Positions 8,063 through 16,533 of a stretch of DNA of 30,992 nucleotides are shown here, one piece after another. Positions within the stretch are counted from its first letter, which is position 1. The number at the start of each line of letters is the position of its first letter. The DNA comes from an uncultured Spirochaetales bacterium (GTDB lineage Bacteria; Spirochaetota; Spirochaetia; CAYLLE01). The DNA lies in the NCBI GenBank assembly GCA_964618265.1, contig CAZUAE010000037.1, forward strand, positions 1-30,992. The letters are read 5' to 3'. The notes under the pieces were generated by a model. It was not told where the DNA came from. It saw only the letters and a program-made list of their open reading frames with translations, and searched no databases. The translations under genes and the position numbers were made by a program.

Positions 8063-9973
8063 ATGGCAAAAAATAACACAATACGTGAAGAATTTCACGA
8101 CTATGGTATACCCCCCGAAGAACGACCGCCGCTTGCGGTTGTGGGGTCCCAAATAAGTCACGAAGAAAAACTTTTTGGAAAGGTTTTCGATAAACATATC
8201 GTTAAGCGGTTTATACCTTTCTTAAAACCTTACGGTAAAAGACTTCTTTTAGCTCTTTTAGGAGTACTTACATTTACCGGTACGCAGTTAGCTATTCCTC
8301 TGATCATTCAGCAGACATACGACACCGCTTTAGTTGGAGAATCAGCGGGAATGAATACGATGTACCTTTTTGCAGGAATTTTCCTTGCCGCTGTGACAGT
8401 GAACTATGCCGCGAACTACATTCAGGAGCGGATGGCCAGCAACGCCGCAGAAGAGGTGCTTTTCGACCTGCGGCGTGCCATGTTTGAGCATCTGCAGAAG
8501 ATTTCCCTCACTTTTATGGATAAAACTGAGGTGGGAAGACTAATGTCCCGACTTCAGGGGGATGTTCATGCGCTGCAGCAGTTTTTGGAATCATCAATAT
8601 TCGCGGTAGGAGATATTGTACTGCTGTTTGGAATCATCGTGGTTCTTTTGGTATGGAATCTCCAGTTAGCCCTTTTGACGTTAGGAATAGTACCGCTCCT
8701 CTTTTTGGTCCGGTTTGTGTGGCTTCCCCGTGCCAGAAATGCCTTTATCGGAGCAAGACGTGCGAGTTCAACCACTAACGGCGCCCTTGCGGAAGCCATA
8801 AACGGAGTCAGAACCATTCAGGCCATGGCCCGGGAAGACATCAACTACATCCTTTTTGACGATAAAGCAAAAGCCAATTTGGCTGCTCAACTTAAGGCCA
8901 CTAAATTCGCACAGATCATGATTCCCATTGTGGACACTCTTACCGGAGTTGCCATGGCGGTAGTGGTGATTGTCGGCGGAACCATGGTTCTCGATAACGT
9001 TGTTGAAATTGGCGTGATGGTAGGTTTTATCCTCTACGTGCAGCGATTTTTTACACCGATCCGCTCTATTACCCTGCAGTACAGTATAATGCAGCGGGCC
9101 ATGGCTTCGGGACATCGGATTTTCGAGGTGCTGGATGTGGAAATTGATGTGGAAGATAAAAAGGGTGCGGCAGACCTTCCGGATGTGGAAGGTACAATTG
9201 AATTCAAGAACGTCACCTTCGGATATGAACCTGACAGACCTATTCTTAAAGATATAAACTTTAAAGTGAACAAGGGAGAAACCTTAGCATTGGTCGGACC
9301 GACTGGTTCGGGGAAAACCAGCATCACCGCCCTGGCACACAGGTTTTATGATATCTGGGAGGGGGAGATTCTCATCGACGGAAAGGACATCCGGGACGTT
9401 ACCCAGGAGTCCTTAGGACGGAATATCGCTATGGTGCTCCAGGAGCCGTTTCTCTTCTCCGGAACGATCCTGGAAAATATCCGCTACCGGAAGAAAGAAG
9501 CAACCATGGATGAAATCATAGAAGCCACTAAAGCAGTGGGTGTTCATGATGTTATCGAAGCACTGCCGGACGGCTACAACACCGAACTGGAACAGGGAGG
9601 GGGGAATCTCTCTCATGGTCAGCGGCAGCTCATTAGTTTTGCCCGGGCTCTGGTCGCGGATGCAAAGATTCTTGTACTGGATGAGGCTACGGCAAATATC
9701 GACAGCTACACCGAAAAACTGATCCAGAAAGCGCTGAAAAAACTCCTGGAAAACCGTACCGGAATTGTCATTGCCCACCGGCTCTCAACCATCCGGGGAT
9801 CCGACAGAATCGTGGTGCTTCAGGACGGTCATATAGTAGAGCGGGGAACCCACGACGGACTCATGGAGAAAGAAGGGCTTTATGCAAAGTTGTACTCCAT
9901 GAATTATGCTTCCTTTGATGATATCCCTGAGGAAATTATCGATGAGGTAACATCCGATGAGTCGCAGACATAA
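8063..9973 (+). CDS. ABC exporter half-transporter (TMD-NBD), subunit with consensus Walker B (LDEAT) but degenerate signature LSHGQ
   Basis: GAGGA RBS 8 nt before the ATG. Walker A GPTGSGKTS, signature LSHGQRQL, Walker B ILVLDEATANID, H-loop IAHRLST. Starts 11 nt after the previous gene, which indicates an operon and a heterodimer. Confidence 0.9.
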   Translation: MAKNNTIREEFHDYGIPPEERPPLAVVGSQISHEEKLFGKVFDKHIVKRFIPFLKPYGKRLLLALLGVLTFTGTQLAIPLIIQQTYDTALVGESAGMNTMYLFAGIFLAAVTVNYAANYIQERMASNAAEEVLFDLRRAMFEHLQKISLTFMDKTEVGRLMSRLQGDVHALQQFLESSIFAVGDIVLLFGIIVVLLVWNLQLALLTLGIVPLLFLVRFVWLPRARNAFIGARRASSTTNGALAEAINGVRTIQAMAREDINYILFDDKAKANLAAQLKATKFAQIMIPIVDTLTGVAMAVVVIVGGTMVLDNVVEIGVMVGFILYVQRFFTPIRSITLQYSIMQRAMASGHRIFEVLDVEIDVEDKKGAADLPDVEGTIEFKNVTFGYEPDRPILKDINFKVNKGETLALVGPTGSGKTSITALAHRFYDIWEGEILIDGKDIRDVTQESLGRNIAMVLQEPFLFSGTILENIRYRKKEATMDEIIEATKAVGVHDVIEALPDGYNTELEQGGGNLSHGQRQLISFARALVADAKILVLDEATANIDSYTEKLIQKALKKLLENRTGIVIAHRLSTIRGSDRIVVLQDGHIVERGTHDGLMEKEGLYAKLYSMNYASFDDIPEEIIDEVTSDESQT

Positions 9974-9975
9974 AA

Positions 9976-10008
9976 AACGCGTATTCAGCAATTCTAAATT
10001 GTAAATTT
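9976..10008 (+). terminator. Perfect 15-bp inverted repeat with a 3-nt loop (CAGCAATTCTAAATT-gta-AATTTAGAATTGCTG) after the ABC operon; hairpin with no U-tract
   Basis: Read directly from the sequence. It starts 3 nt after the TAA of the second ABC gene. It is followed by GCTGCTG rather than a T-run. It could be a terminator-like hairpin or a protein-binding palindrome. Confidence 0.4.
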
Positions 10009-10143
10009 AGAATTGCTGGCTGCTGTAAGCTTTCGACAGGATTGATTAGTGAAATATTTTGGTTTTAATTAATTCATAATGATCAGATAAGAATAGAGAA
10101 CATGTTTGTCTAACACAAAAAATTTTTATACATTGAGAGCCAT

Positions 10144-10425
10144 ATGTTAGATGATAATTCCGGCAACGGCGGAGGTATAAACTACCCGTTAAGTTTTCAG
10201 CTGCGTGTAATCATGCGGCTTGAAGAGAGTACCGATAAAACCCGCATACATCTCGAAAATTTGTTATTAAAAGCAAATGTCGGTTTTTCCAGTTGGAATA
10301 CCCGGGAAACATCGGGAGGTAAATATATTCGTTTTGCTGTAAAGGTGACAATAAAAAACCGGGAGATGATGCAGCGTCTATATCAGGATTTGGATAAAGA
10401 TCCGGCTGTGAAAGCAGCGATATAG
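10144..10425 (+). CDS. YbeD/DUF493 (UPF0250)-like small protein
   Basis: 93 aa. The pattern YPLSFQLRVIM...SGGKYIRFAVKVTIKNREMMQRLYQDL resembles the YbeD family (FP..F..KVIG ... SSKG.Y.S..I..... LY..L). I did not confirm it by a search. Confidence 0.55.
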   Translation: MLDDNSGNGGGINYPLSFQLRVIMRLEESTDKTRIHLENLLLKANVGFSSWNTRETSGGKYIRFAVKVTIKNREMMQRLYQDLDKDPAVKAAI

Positions 10426-10435
10426 CGGATTGCTG

Positions 10436-11140
10436 TTATTCAACGGGATATCCGACCGGCATTATGTAGAGTGGAATTGCCCTGCCGGATCCGATAATCT
10501 GATGTACCATTTCATCATTAAAGGCTCCTACTGTTACCGTAGACAGGCCGGATGCGGTTACCTGCAGGAAGACGTTCTGGGCCGAATGGGCGGCATCCAT
10601 GTGGACGTAACGGGTTTCTCCCCTCTTCCCGTACTTCGCCGTAGAGCGTTCATACACACCGGCTACAATGATGCTTGCCGGGGCCTCGGCGATAAATGTC
10701 TGCATTAAAGCTGCCTCGGCTAAGTCCCTGCGGAAATCTCCTTTTTGCATGAGTTCTAAGGCATGGCGGTCACTATGGTAGGAATAGACGCCTGATTCTA
10801 TTCCATCAACCTTTCCTGCTACTACGTAAAGCTCCTGCGGGTAGAGCCCCCCGGCAGATGGAGCTGTTCTGGTTGGACCCGATACTCCGTCCACATTGAT
10901 TCCCTTTCCAGCCCAGAGGACTTGAGCAAGCTGTTTAAGACTAAGCGCCCTTTCTTGATAACTCCGCACTGAGTGCCTGTTATAAAGTACTTCCTCCAGG
11001 GATTTGTCACCTTTTATCTGAGCTTTGGGTAAATCAATCATCTCTCCACCTCCCTGAGCGTTTATCGATAACGAAACAAGCAGGATGATTCCAATCGCCC
11101 AAAACTTTTTTAAGCTATTGCTGAAATTATGGTTTTTCAA
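10436..11140 (-). CDS. Nitroreductase-superfamily protein (SagB-type dehydrogenase-like) with an N-terminal signal peptide
   Basis: N-terminus MKNHNFSNSLKKFWAIGIILLVSLSINAQ is signal-like. Nitroreductase-like core (LYNRHSVRSY..., GGLYPQELYVV, HMDAAHSAQNVFLQ). TTG start preceded by GGAGGAAGGA. Confidence 0.7.
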   Translation of the reverse strand: MKNHNFSNSLKKFWAIGIILLVSLSINAQGGGEMIDLPKAQIKGDKSLEEVLYNRHSVRSYQERALSLKQLAQVLWAGKGINVDGVSGPTRTAPSAGGLYPQELYVVAGKVDGIESGVYSYHSDRHALELMQKGDFRRDLAEAALMQTFIAEAPASIIVAGVYERSTAKYGKRGETRYVHMDAAHSAQNVFLQVTASGLSTVTVGAFNDEMVHQIIGSGRAIPLYIMPVGYPVE

Positions 11141-11252
11141 ATCCTTCCTCCGGACATATACTATCGAATAGTCAGCTTGGTTTCCAGCTCGCCTGTCTTA
11201 TTGTTATCAATTCGAAGTTACTAACGGGCAGGCAATAGGTAAAGTTGCTGTG

Positions 11253-13670
11253 TTATTTCCACCAAATTGGGGTTGTCCACGCCCACGGCCCCCGGGCATT
11301 TGCTACATTGGAAGGATATTGGGTATCGGTCCCGGACATCCTGAGTCTTACATAGAGATACTTCGGTGGTTTTAGATTGAGGACAGATTGCTCCTTTATG
11401 GAATCCACTCCGGTAAGAGAGTGGGAAACTTCCAGCTTTCCGCCGTTTTTTTCTGTTTCCAGCCGGTCCCAGTTTGCTATTGTTCTCTGCCGATGTATCA
11501 GCTCAACGAATTCTATCGAACCGTCCCTTACCGTATCTATTTCAACAGATAATTTTACCGTTATAATACCGCGCATGATTCCGGAATCTCCGATAAAGAG
11601 AGTATTTCCCTCTTCATCCTCCAGATAAAAATCGATCAGCGGTCTTCTTCCTTGAGTAGCGATTGTCCGGCCCTCTAAAAGGCCTTCAATTATACCGTCA
11701 TATGTAAGGTCTTTTGCCCAGACACCTGTGAGGGCCCCTCCGTTTCCGGGATTCCTCCGATGATTATCGGAACCTCCGGTGAGACAGATTTTTCTCCCGC
11801 TGTTCCAAAGGCTGCATATTGCTTCCGCGTTATGGATATAGGCATCCCATCCCGAGGCAGCTTCCATCCCTGTCTCCCTGGGAGAACCTGTTACTTTCCA
11901 GGAATCATGATGCAGTATGAGAAGGGCATCGATATTTTCCGCGTCCCGGGCAAGTTTTTCCTGAAGTTCGTCGCCGCTGCAACCGGATCTATAATGATCG
12001 CTCCACCGGAACAGTTTTCCGGCGGGTTTTTTTAGCAGGACGGTCCGATGATTCTTCTCCCTTATCTCTTTCGGAATGGTTTGGGTAAATTCAAAACCGT
12101 CCAGAACAACGAATTGTCCGTCCCGGTGCCATGCCCGTTCCACGGAAAATTCCCGAATCCGCTCCCAATCTCTAAGCCAAGAAGCGTAGTGCTCATCGTT
12201 ATCGGTAATCGCTGTAAAATCTAGATTAGATACTTCCTTAGCGTAGTAGAGTAGTTCGTCCACTTCTCCTTCCGGGTCTTTGGAATATCCGGAATGCACA
12301 TGGGGATCCCCCCAGAATAGAAATAATCCCTCTTTGGACCGGGCAGTTTCTGTGTATCCTGTTCCGCGAATTTCTTCAGGATCCGTTACAGTCTGATATC
12401 CCGACTCCGGTTGCAGAAGTTCGATACCGTTGTGTTTTAAAGAATATTTTTGTTCCTCCCCCGGGGACGGAAGCGGAATCTCTTCCAAAACCAGGGAATG
12501 AGTTTTCTCAGGATCCACCGGACGATGGAGAAGCCAAATGCTGTTCCGGTCAAGAGCGGCTTCATACGCGAAGCTTCCCATATGGAGTACCGCTTCCTGG
12601 TTCCATAATTCTTTTTGCCGATCAAAGGTGCTGTAACAGAGAACACCTTTTCCTTCCTCCTCCGGAGTAAAACCGTCGTGGGCGGTTTTCCGCTCCCATA
12701 GAAGCATTTTGTTAGAGAGTAGAAGGGGCCTTCTCCTGGGACCTAAATATCCCCAAACCCCCGTCGGGTTAATTACATCGGCTAACAGTCCGTGATTCAG
12801 GAGCGCCGGAGAAGGGGTTTGCCTTGCGTTCCGTTTTTCACCGTGAAGATCAATGTATGCTGTTACGATTTTATTGCTCTGATCCACAATGCCGCCTTCG
12901 GAAATTACGTCTGTAACTTCCACTGCGGCGATGAGGACTATATCTCCGCTATTAACGCAGACAGGATTTAAGTAGCGGAGAGTTGGCTGAGATGAGGCGT
13001 ATACCGAAAAAGTATCGGCTATGTGCCCGTTATCCAATACAGCTGCCTGGATTGAACATCCTCCTGTACCGTAGGATTCCCAGAGAACAAGAAAATGGTT
13101 TTTCCCCATGCTGCAAACTGCGGGTCTCGAAGCCCATGTATCGAGAGGACTGATTATTTGTGCTTTCCTGTTTTGATCGATATAGGCAGCTTTTATTGTT
13201 TGTGTTTTCTCATCCGTCAGTCTTTGGGTAGCAATGGAAAGATTACGGCTTGATATGTTGGGTGTGATTTCTGACCAAACCGCAAGGGCAGACCCTCCGT
13301 TGTCATTGGCAAGCGCGATTTCCGAAGCAGCTTCGGCTTCGAAAACTTGCCATGGATGTTTTGTTTCTCCCCTGGAATACAGTGTAAACGTAAGCTCCGT
13401 ACTGCCGTCATCTTTGGTTTTTTCCCAGCCTGCAACTAAAGAACCGTCTCTTTTAGAATCTACCGCTATGGATCCGATCATTCCCCGATCGAGCTCCGCG
13501 GACTCATTGTCCGGTGAAGTTAGACGGAGTACAGATACTTTGCTGCTTCTCGGTTCTCTGCTCCAGAGCGCGCGCGGTCTGGAGCCAGTTACGGTTAATC
13601 TATGGGACCCGATGACGATGGAAGTATCATCATCCCGGGTATCTAAACGAAATAGGTTTTGATTTTGCAT
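11253..13670 (-). CDS. 805-aa fusion protein: N-terminal Asp-box-like repeat (beta-propeller-like) region + C-terminal PHP/CehA-McbA-type (DUF3604-like) metallohydrolase domain
   Basis: C-terminal half carries WGDPHVHSGYSKD...TDNDEH...GGSDNHR, the H-x-H...D...GSDNH pattern of PHP-like metal-dependent phosphoesterases. N-terminal half has recurring DNG/DDG...W repeats (KDDGSTELTF, ANDNGGSALAVWSE, LDNGHIADTFSVY). AGGAA RBS. Starts 24 nt after the aminotransferase stop. Confidence 0.65.
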   Translation of the reverse strand: MQNQNLFRLDTRDDDTSIVIGSHRLTVTGSRPRALWSREPRSSKVSVLRLTSPDNESAELDRGMIGSIAVDSKRDGSLVAGWEKTKDDGSTELTFTLYSRGETKHPWQVFEAEAASEIALANDNGGSALAVWSEITPNISSRNLSIATQRLTDEKTQTIKAAYIDQNRKAQIISPLDTWASRPAVCSMGKNHFLVLWESYGTGGCSIQAAVLDNGHIADTFSVYASSQPTLRYLNPVCVNSGDIVLIAAVEVTDVISEGGIVDQSNKIVTAYIDLHGEKRNARQTPSPALLNHGLLADVINPTGVWGYLGPRRRPLLLSNKMLLWERKTAHDGFTPEEEGKGVLCYSTFDRQKELWNQEAVLHMGSFAYEAALDRNSIWLLHRPVDPEKTHSLVLEEIPLPSPGEEQKYSLKHNGIELLQPESGYQTVTDPEEIRGTGYTETARSKEGLFLFWGDPHVHSGYSKDPEGEVDELLYYAKEVSNLDFTAITDNDEHYASWLRDWERIREFSVERAWHRDGQFVVLDGFEFTQTIPKEIREKNHRTVLLKKPAGKLFRWSDHYRSGCSGDELQEKLARDAENIDALLILHHDSWKVTGSPRETGMEAASGWDAYIHNAEAICSLWNSGRKICLTGGSDNHRRNPGNGGALTGVWAKDLTYDGIIEGLLEGRTIATQGRRPLIDFYLEDEEGNTLFIGDSGIMRGIITVKLSVEIDTVRDGSIEFVELIHRQRTIANWDRLETEKNGGKLEVSHSLTGVDSIKEQSVLNLKPPKYLYVRLRMSGTDTQYPSNVANARGPWAWTTPIWWK

Positions 13671-13694
13671 GCAGTCATTCCTATATGAGGAGCA

Positions 13695-15017
13695 TTAGAG
13701 GATGTTTCCCCGTTTTTTCATTTGCGTGAGTACTTCTTCCATCACCATAAGAACCCGTTCTATATCTTCCTTGGTATGCTGTATGGAATATCCGTGGTGA
13801 ACAGGAGCTCCTCCGTAATCGTGGAAGTATATTCCCCGGGTAAAACACTCTCTAATCAGTTCAAACATAGTACCCGGTTTATGACAGAAGGTGTCTTCGT
13901 AGCGAACCGGCTCTTCCTTTCTGCCCAGAACAATATTGAATCTAGCACCGTGATGCGGAACAGTCATGTTAAGGTCATGTTTTTCTATAATCTCATCCAT
14001 TCCTGAGTGAAACTGATCCTCTAAAGCCTGCAGTTTGGTATAAAAACTGTTCTTTCCAATTTCCTTAAGGAAGGCAATTCCCGCCAGGACGGGAATAAGA
14101 TGCGCGTTAAACGTTCCGCTGTGCTGTACCGGACCAACGGGTTTGAACATGTCCATAACTTTAGCTTTCCCGCAGAAAGCGGAAAGGGGAAACCCGCCTC
14201 CCAATGATTTCCCGATGGTGCAGACATCCGGAACAATTCCGAAATCCTGCTGCGCCCCTCCGGGAGATTTCTTGAAAGCTGATTGTATTTCATCAAAAAA
14301 GAGAACGATTCCTGCTTCTTCGGTGAGTTTTCGGGCAAGCTCCAGATAGCCGGGATTCGGTTTTATGCAGCCGCAGTTATAGTTAACGGGTTCAAGGATA
14401 AAAAGGGCTGTTTCATCCCCGTGTTCCGTTACTGCTTGTTTTAATGCTTCTTCATCATTAAATGGAATAGGAATGATTAGGTTAGCGAACTCGTCTGGGA
14501 TTCCCTTGGATTCCACATAAGGGTTTTTCCGGTTTTGAGGAAACGCATCCTCCGGAGGATGACCTCCAATATAGATAAGCTCATGATAGCCATGGAAGTG
14601 CCCTTCAATTCTCAGAATCTTCTTTTTTCCGGTTAATCCCCGGCATGCCCGGATAAGATGGAGTGTTGCTTCGGAACCGGAAGAGCAGAATCGCACCTTG
14701 TCTGCACAGGGAATGTAATTGCAGACTAATCCGGCAAGTTCTTCGTGGTATTCTGTTTCGAATGAATTGAGGTATCCCAGCTCCATCGCCTTTTTGACAG
14801 CGTCATCGATAACAGGATGGGAAAGTCCCAGCAGTCCCGCGCCGTGGGCACAGCACATGTCTACGAACTCATTCCCTTCGATATCCCATATCCGGCTTCC
14901 CTTTCCCCGGGAAGCAAAAAAAGGTGTTCCGATAGCCTGGTTCAAGCGGGTGGAAGAATTTACTCCCCCGGGCATGACGGAGGCTGCTGATTCATACTGC
15001 TTTTTTCTGGTCTTCAT
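13695..15017 (-). CDS. Class-III PLP-dependent aminotransferase (glutamate-1-semialdehyde aminomutase-like fold)
   Basis: N-terminus SVMPGGVNSSTR...GSRIWDIEGNEFVDM. FDEIQSAF followed by TIGKSLGGG with the PLP-binding Lys. Length 440 aa. Confidence 0.85.
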   Translation of the reverse strand: MKTRKKQYESAASVMPGGVNSSTRLNQAIGTPFFASRGKGSRIWDIEGNEFVDMCCAHGAGLLGLSHPVIDDAVKKAMELGYLNSFETEYHEELAGLVCNYIPCADKVRFCSSGSEATLHLIRACRGLTGKKKILRIEGHFHGYHELIYIGGHPPEDAFPQNRKNPYVESKGIPDEFANLIIPIPFNDEEALKQAVTEHGDETALFILEPVNYNCGCIKPNPGYLELARKLTEEAGIVLFFDEIQSAFKKSPGGAQQDFGIVPDVCTIGKSLGGGFPLSAFCGKAKVMDMFKPVGPVQHSGTFNAHLIPVLAGIAFLKEIGKNSFYTKLQALEDQFHSGMDEIIEKHDLNMTVPHHGARFNIVLGRKEEPVRYEDTFCHKPGTMFELIRECFTRGIYFHDYGGAPVHHGYSIQHTKEDIERVLMVMEEVLTQMKKRGNIL

Positions 15018-15726
15018 TTTTTTTTCCTTCTTTCGGTTCTATAATTGTGGTAATGATAGCCCCGGCGGGGTTTAGCAGACTGCTTAGGAAGCTCAAGTCC
15101 TCCTTAGAGAAGTTTCCGCGGAGTATCATTTTCTTTCCTGCATATTGTATTTTTTGTAGCTCCTCTGTGAGAGATGTAATTTCCGGTCCCATGAAATCGA
15201 TAGTAACCTGCACCGCGGAGAGTTCTTCTATGGTTAGGATGTCGTCAAGTAACCCGGTATATGCCGAATGAAGATGGAACATACCGTAGTCAAAAAATTT
15301 GGCATATCCGCAATAATCAATATATAATTCAGCCCATTGGTCTTTTGCCCTAACCGCACCGCTTTTTTCAGCTTCTTCAATTATTGCTGGAATCGGTTTC
15401 AGAAGCGGTTTTCCCGGCCAGAATCCGTTTTCCCGGTAAAGGAGCGGCGCTCCCCACATTAATTCCATATAGGGTGGATTTATTGGATTCGCGATCCAAA
15501 ATATATCATCCTGAAACTCTCGAAAATAGGAATACTCCTTTTCAATGTGGGAACCAAATAAAGAGGGAGCCGCATCAGCAGGGGAAAGGGAATTGGGGAG
15601 ATTGCCGGAAAGTCCTTTACGGCGCGGAACGAGCCATCTCGGGCGTTTTGTATCAATCGGTGCTTCCCTATCGTTATTGTTGTTCCAAAAGCCGTTGAAT
15701 AGGTCTTTGTGTGCCTGTGAAAACAC
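14992..15726 (-). CDS. Hypothetical protein; weak similarity to the C-terminal half of URO-D/MtaA-family TIM-barrel proteins
   Basis: 244 aa. GTG start overlaps the SDR stop (TAGTG), and its 3' end overlaps the aminotransferase start by 26 nt. VTIDFMG....GKKMILRGNF resembles the URO-D family motif gLDwt....G.kvalqGNlDP. No other recognisable motif. Confidence 0.45.
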   Translation of the reverse strand: MFSQAHKDLFNGFWNNNNDREAPIDTKRPRWLVPRRKGLSGNLPNSLSPADAAPSLFGSHIEKEYSYFREFQDDIFWIANPINPPYMELMWGAPLLYRENGFWPGKPLLKPIPAIIEEAEKSGAVRAKDQWAELYIDYCGYAKFFDYGMFHLHSAYTGLLDDILTIEELSAVQVTIDFMGPEITSLTEELQKIQYAGKKMILRGNFSKEDLSFLSSLLNPAGAIITTIIEPKEGKKNEDQKKAV

Positions 15727-16505
15727 TATTTCCCCTCGTTTCTTGTCCGCTTGAAGGAAAGCTGTGAAGATAGGCCGCCGTCTACCGCTAAAACTTGACC
15801 GGTTATATAACCGCTTTCGGAAGAAGCGAAAAATACCACAGCTTTAGCGACGTCTTCAGGAAAACCGACTCTTCCCAAGGGAATCTGTTCTGCTCTGTGA
15901 CTCTGTTCATACTCCGGATTTTCGAGAAATCGTTCCACCTCCACAAACCCCGGGGAGACGGTATTCACGGTGATATTATAAGGAGCCAATTCAAGGGCCA
16001 TCTGCCGGGTTAAGGCATTAACCCCTCCCTTGGATGCCGCATAAGAGGTCAGTTTGGTCAGGGTAATGTTGCTGTGAAGGGAGCCGATGTTAATGATTTT
16101 ACCTCCTCCCTGGGTCTTCATTTGCTTGGCGGCTTCCTGAGAGGCGAAAAACAGCCCCTTTAAATTGATTCCCTGAATCTTGTCCCAATCCTCTTCGGAT
16201 ATGTCAAAAAAATCTTGAGTTTCGCTAAGGGCGGCATTATTAATAAGAATATCAACGCTGCCTAATTCCTCCCGGGCTGTTTTAAACATCCTTTGTATTT
16301 CCCCTGCATTTCTCATATCCGCCTGGAATAGAAGGGTCTTTCGTCCGAATTCCTTTATTTCACGGGCCAATTTTTCCGCAGGAGTCGAGCTGCTGTTATA
16401 ATGGATTAATACATCTGCACCTTCTTTAGCCAATTCCAGGGCTATCCCCTTTCCAATGCCTCTGCCTGCTCCGGTTACTACTGCCTTTTTATCTTTTAGC
16501 CGCAT
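15726..16505 (-). CDS. Short-chain dehydrogenase/reductase (FabG-like 3-oxoacyl reductase family)
   Basis: TGAGRGIGKG Rossmann motif, NNAA, catalytic YAASKGG (YxxxK), PG.V. RBS AGGAGAAATT before the ATG. Confidence 0.9.
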   Translation of the reverse strand: MRLKDKKAVVTGAGRGIGKGIALELAKEGADVLIHYNSSSTPAEKLAREIKEFGRKTLLFQADMRNAGEIQRMFKTAREELGSVDILINNAALSETQDFFDISEEDWDKIQGINLKGLFFASQEAAKQMKTQGGGKIINIGSLHSNITLTKLTSYAASKGGVNALTRQMALELAPYNITVNTVSPGFVEVERFLENPEYEQSHRAEQIPLGRVGFPEDVAKAVVFFASSESGYITGQVLAVDGGLSSQLSFKRTRNEGK

Positions 16506-16533
16506 AATTTCTCCTGGTGTATCTTATCATAAT

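Noticed and set aside
10430-10708. 92-aa plus-strand ORF overlapping the nitroreductase gene
   Set aside because: Antisense to a gene with clear nitroreductase motifs. Cys-rich translation with no motif and no RBS.
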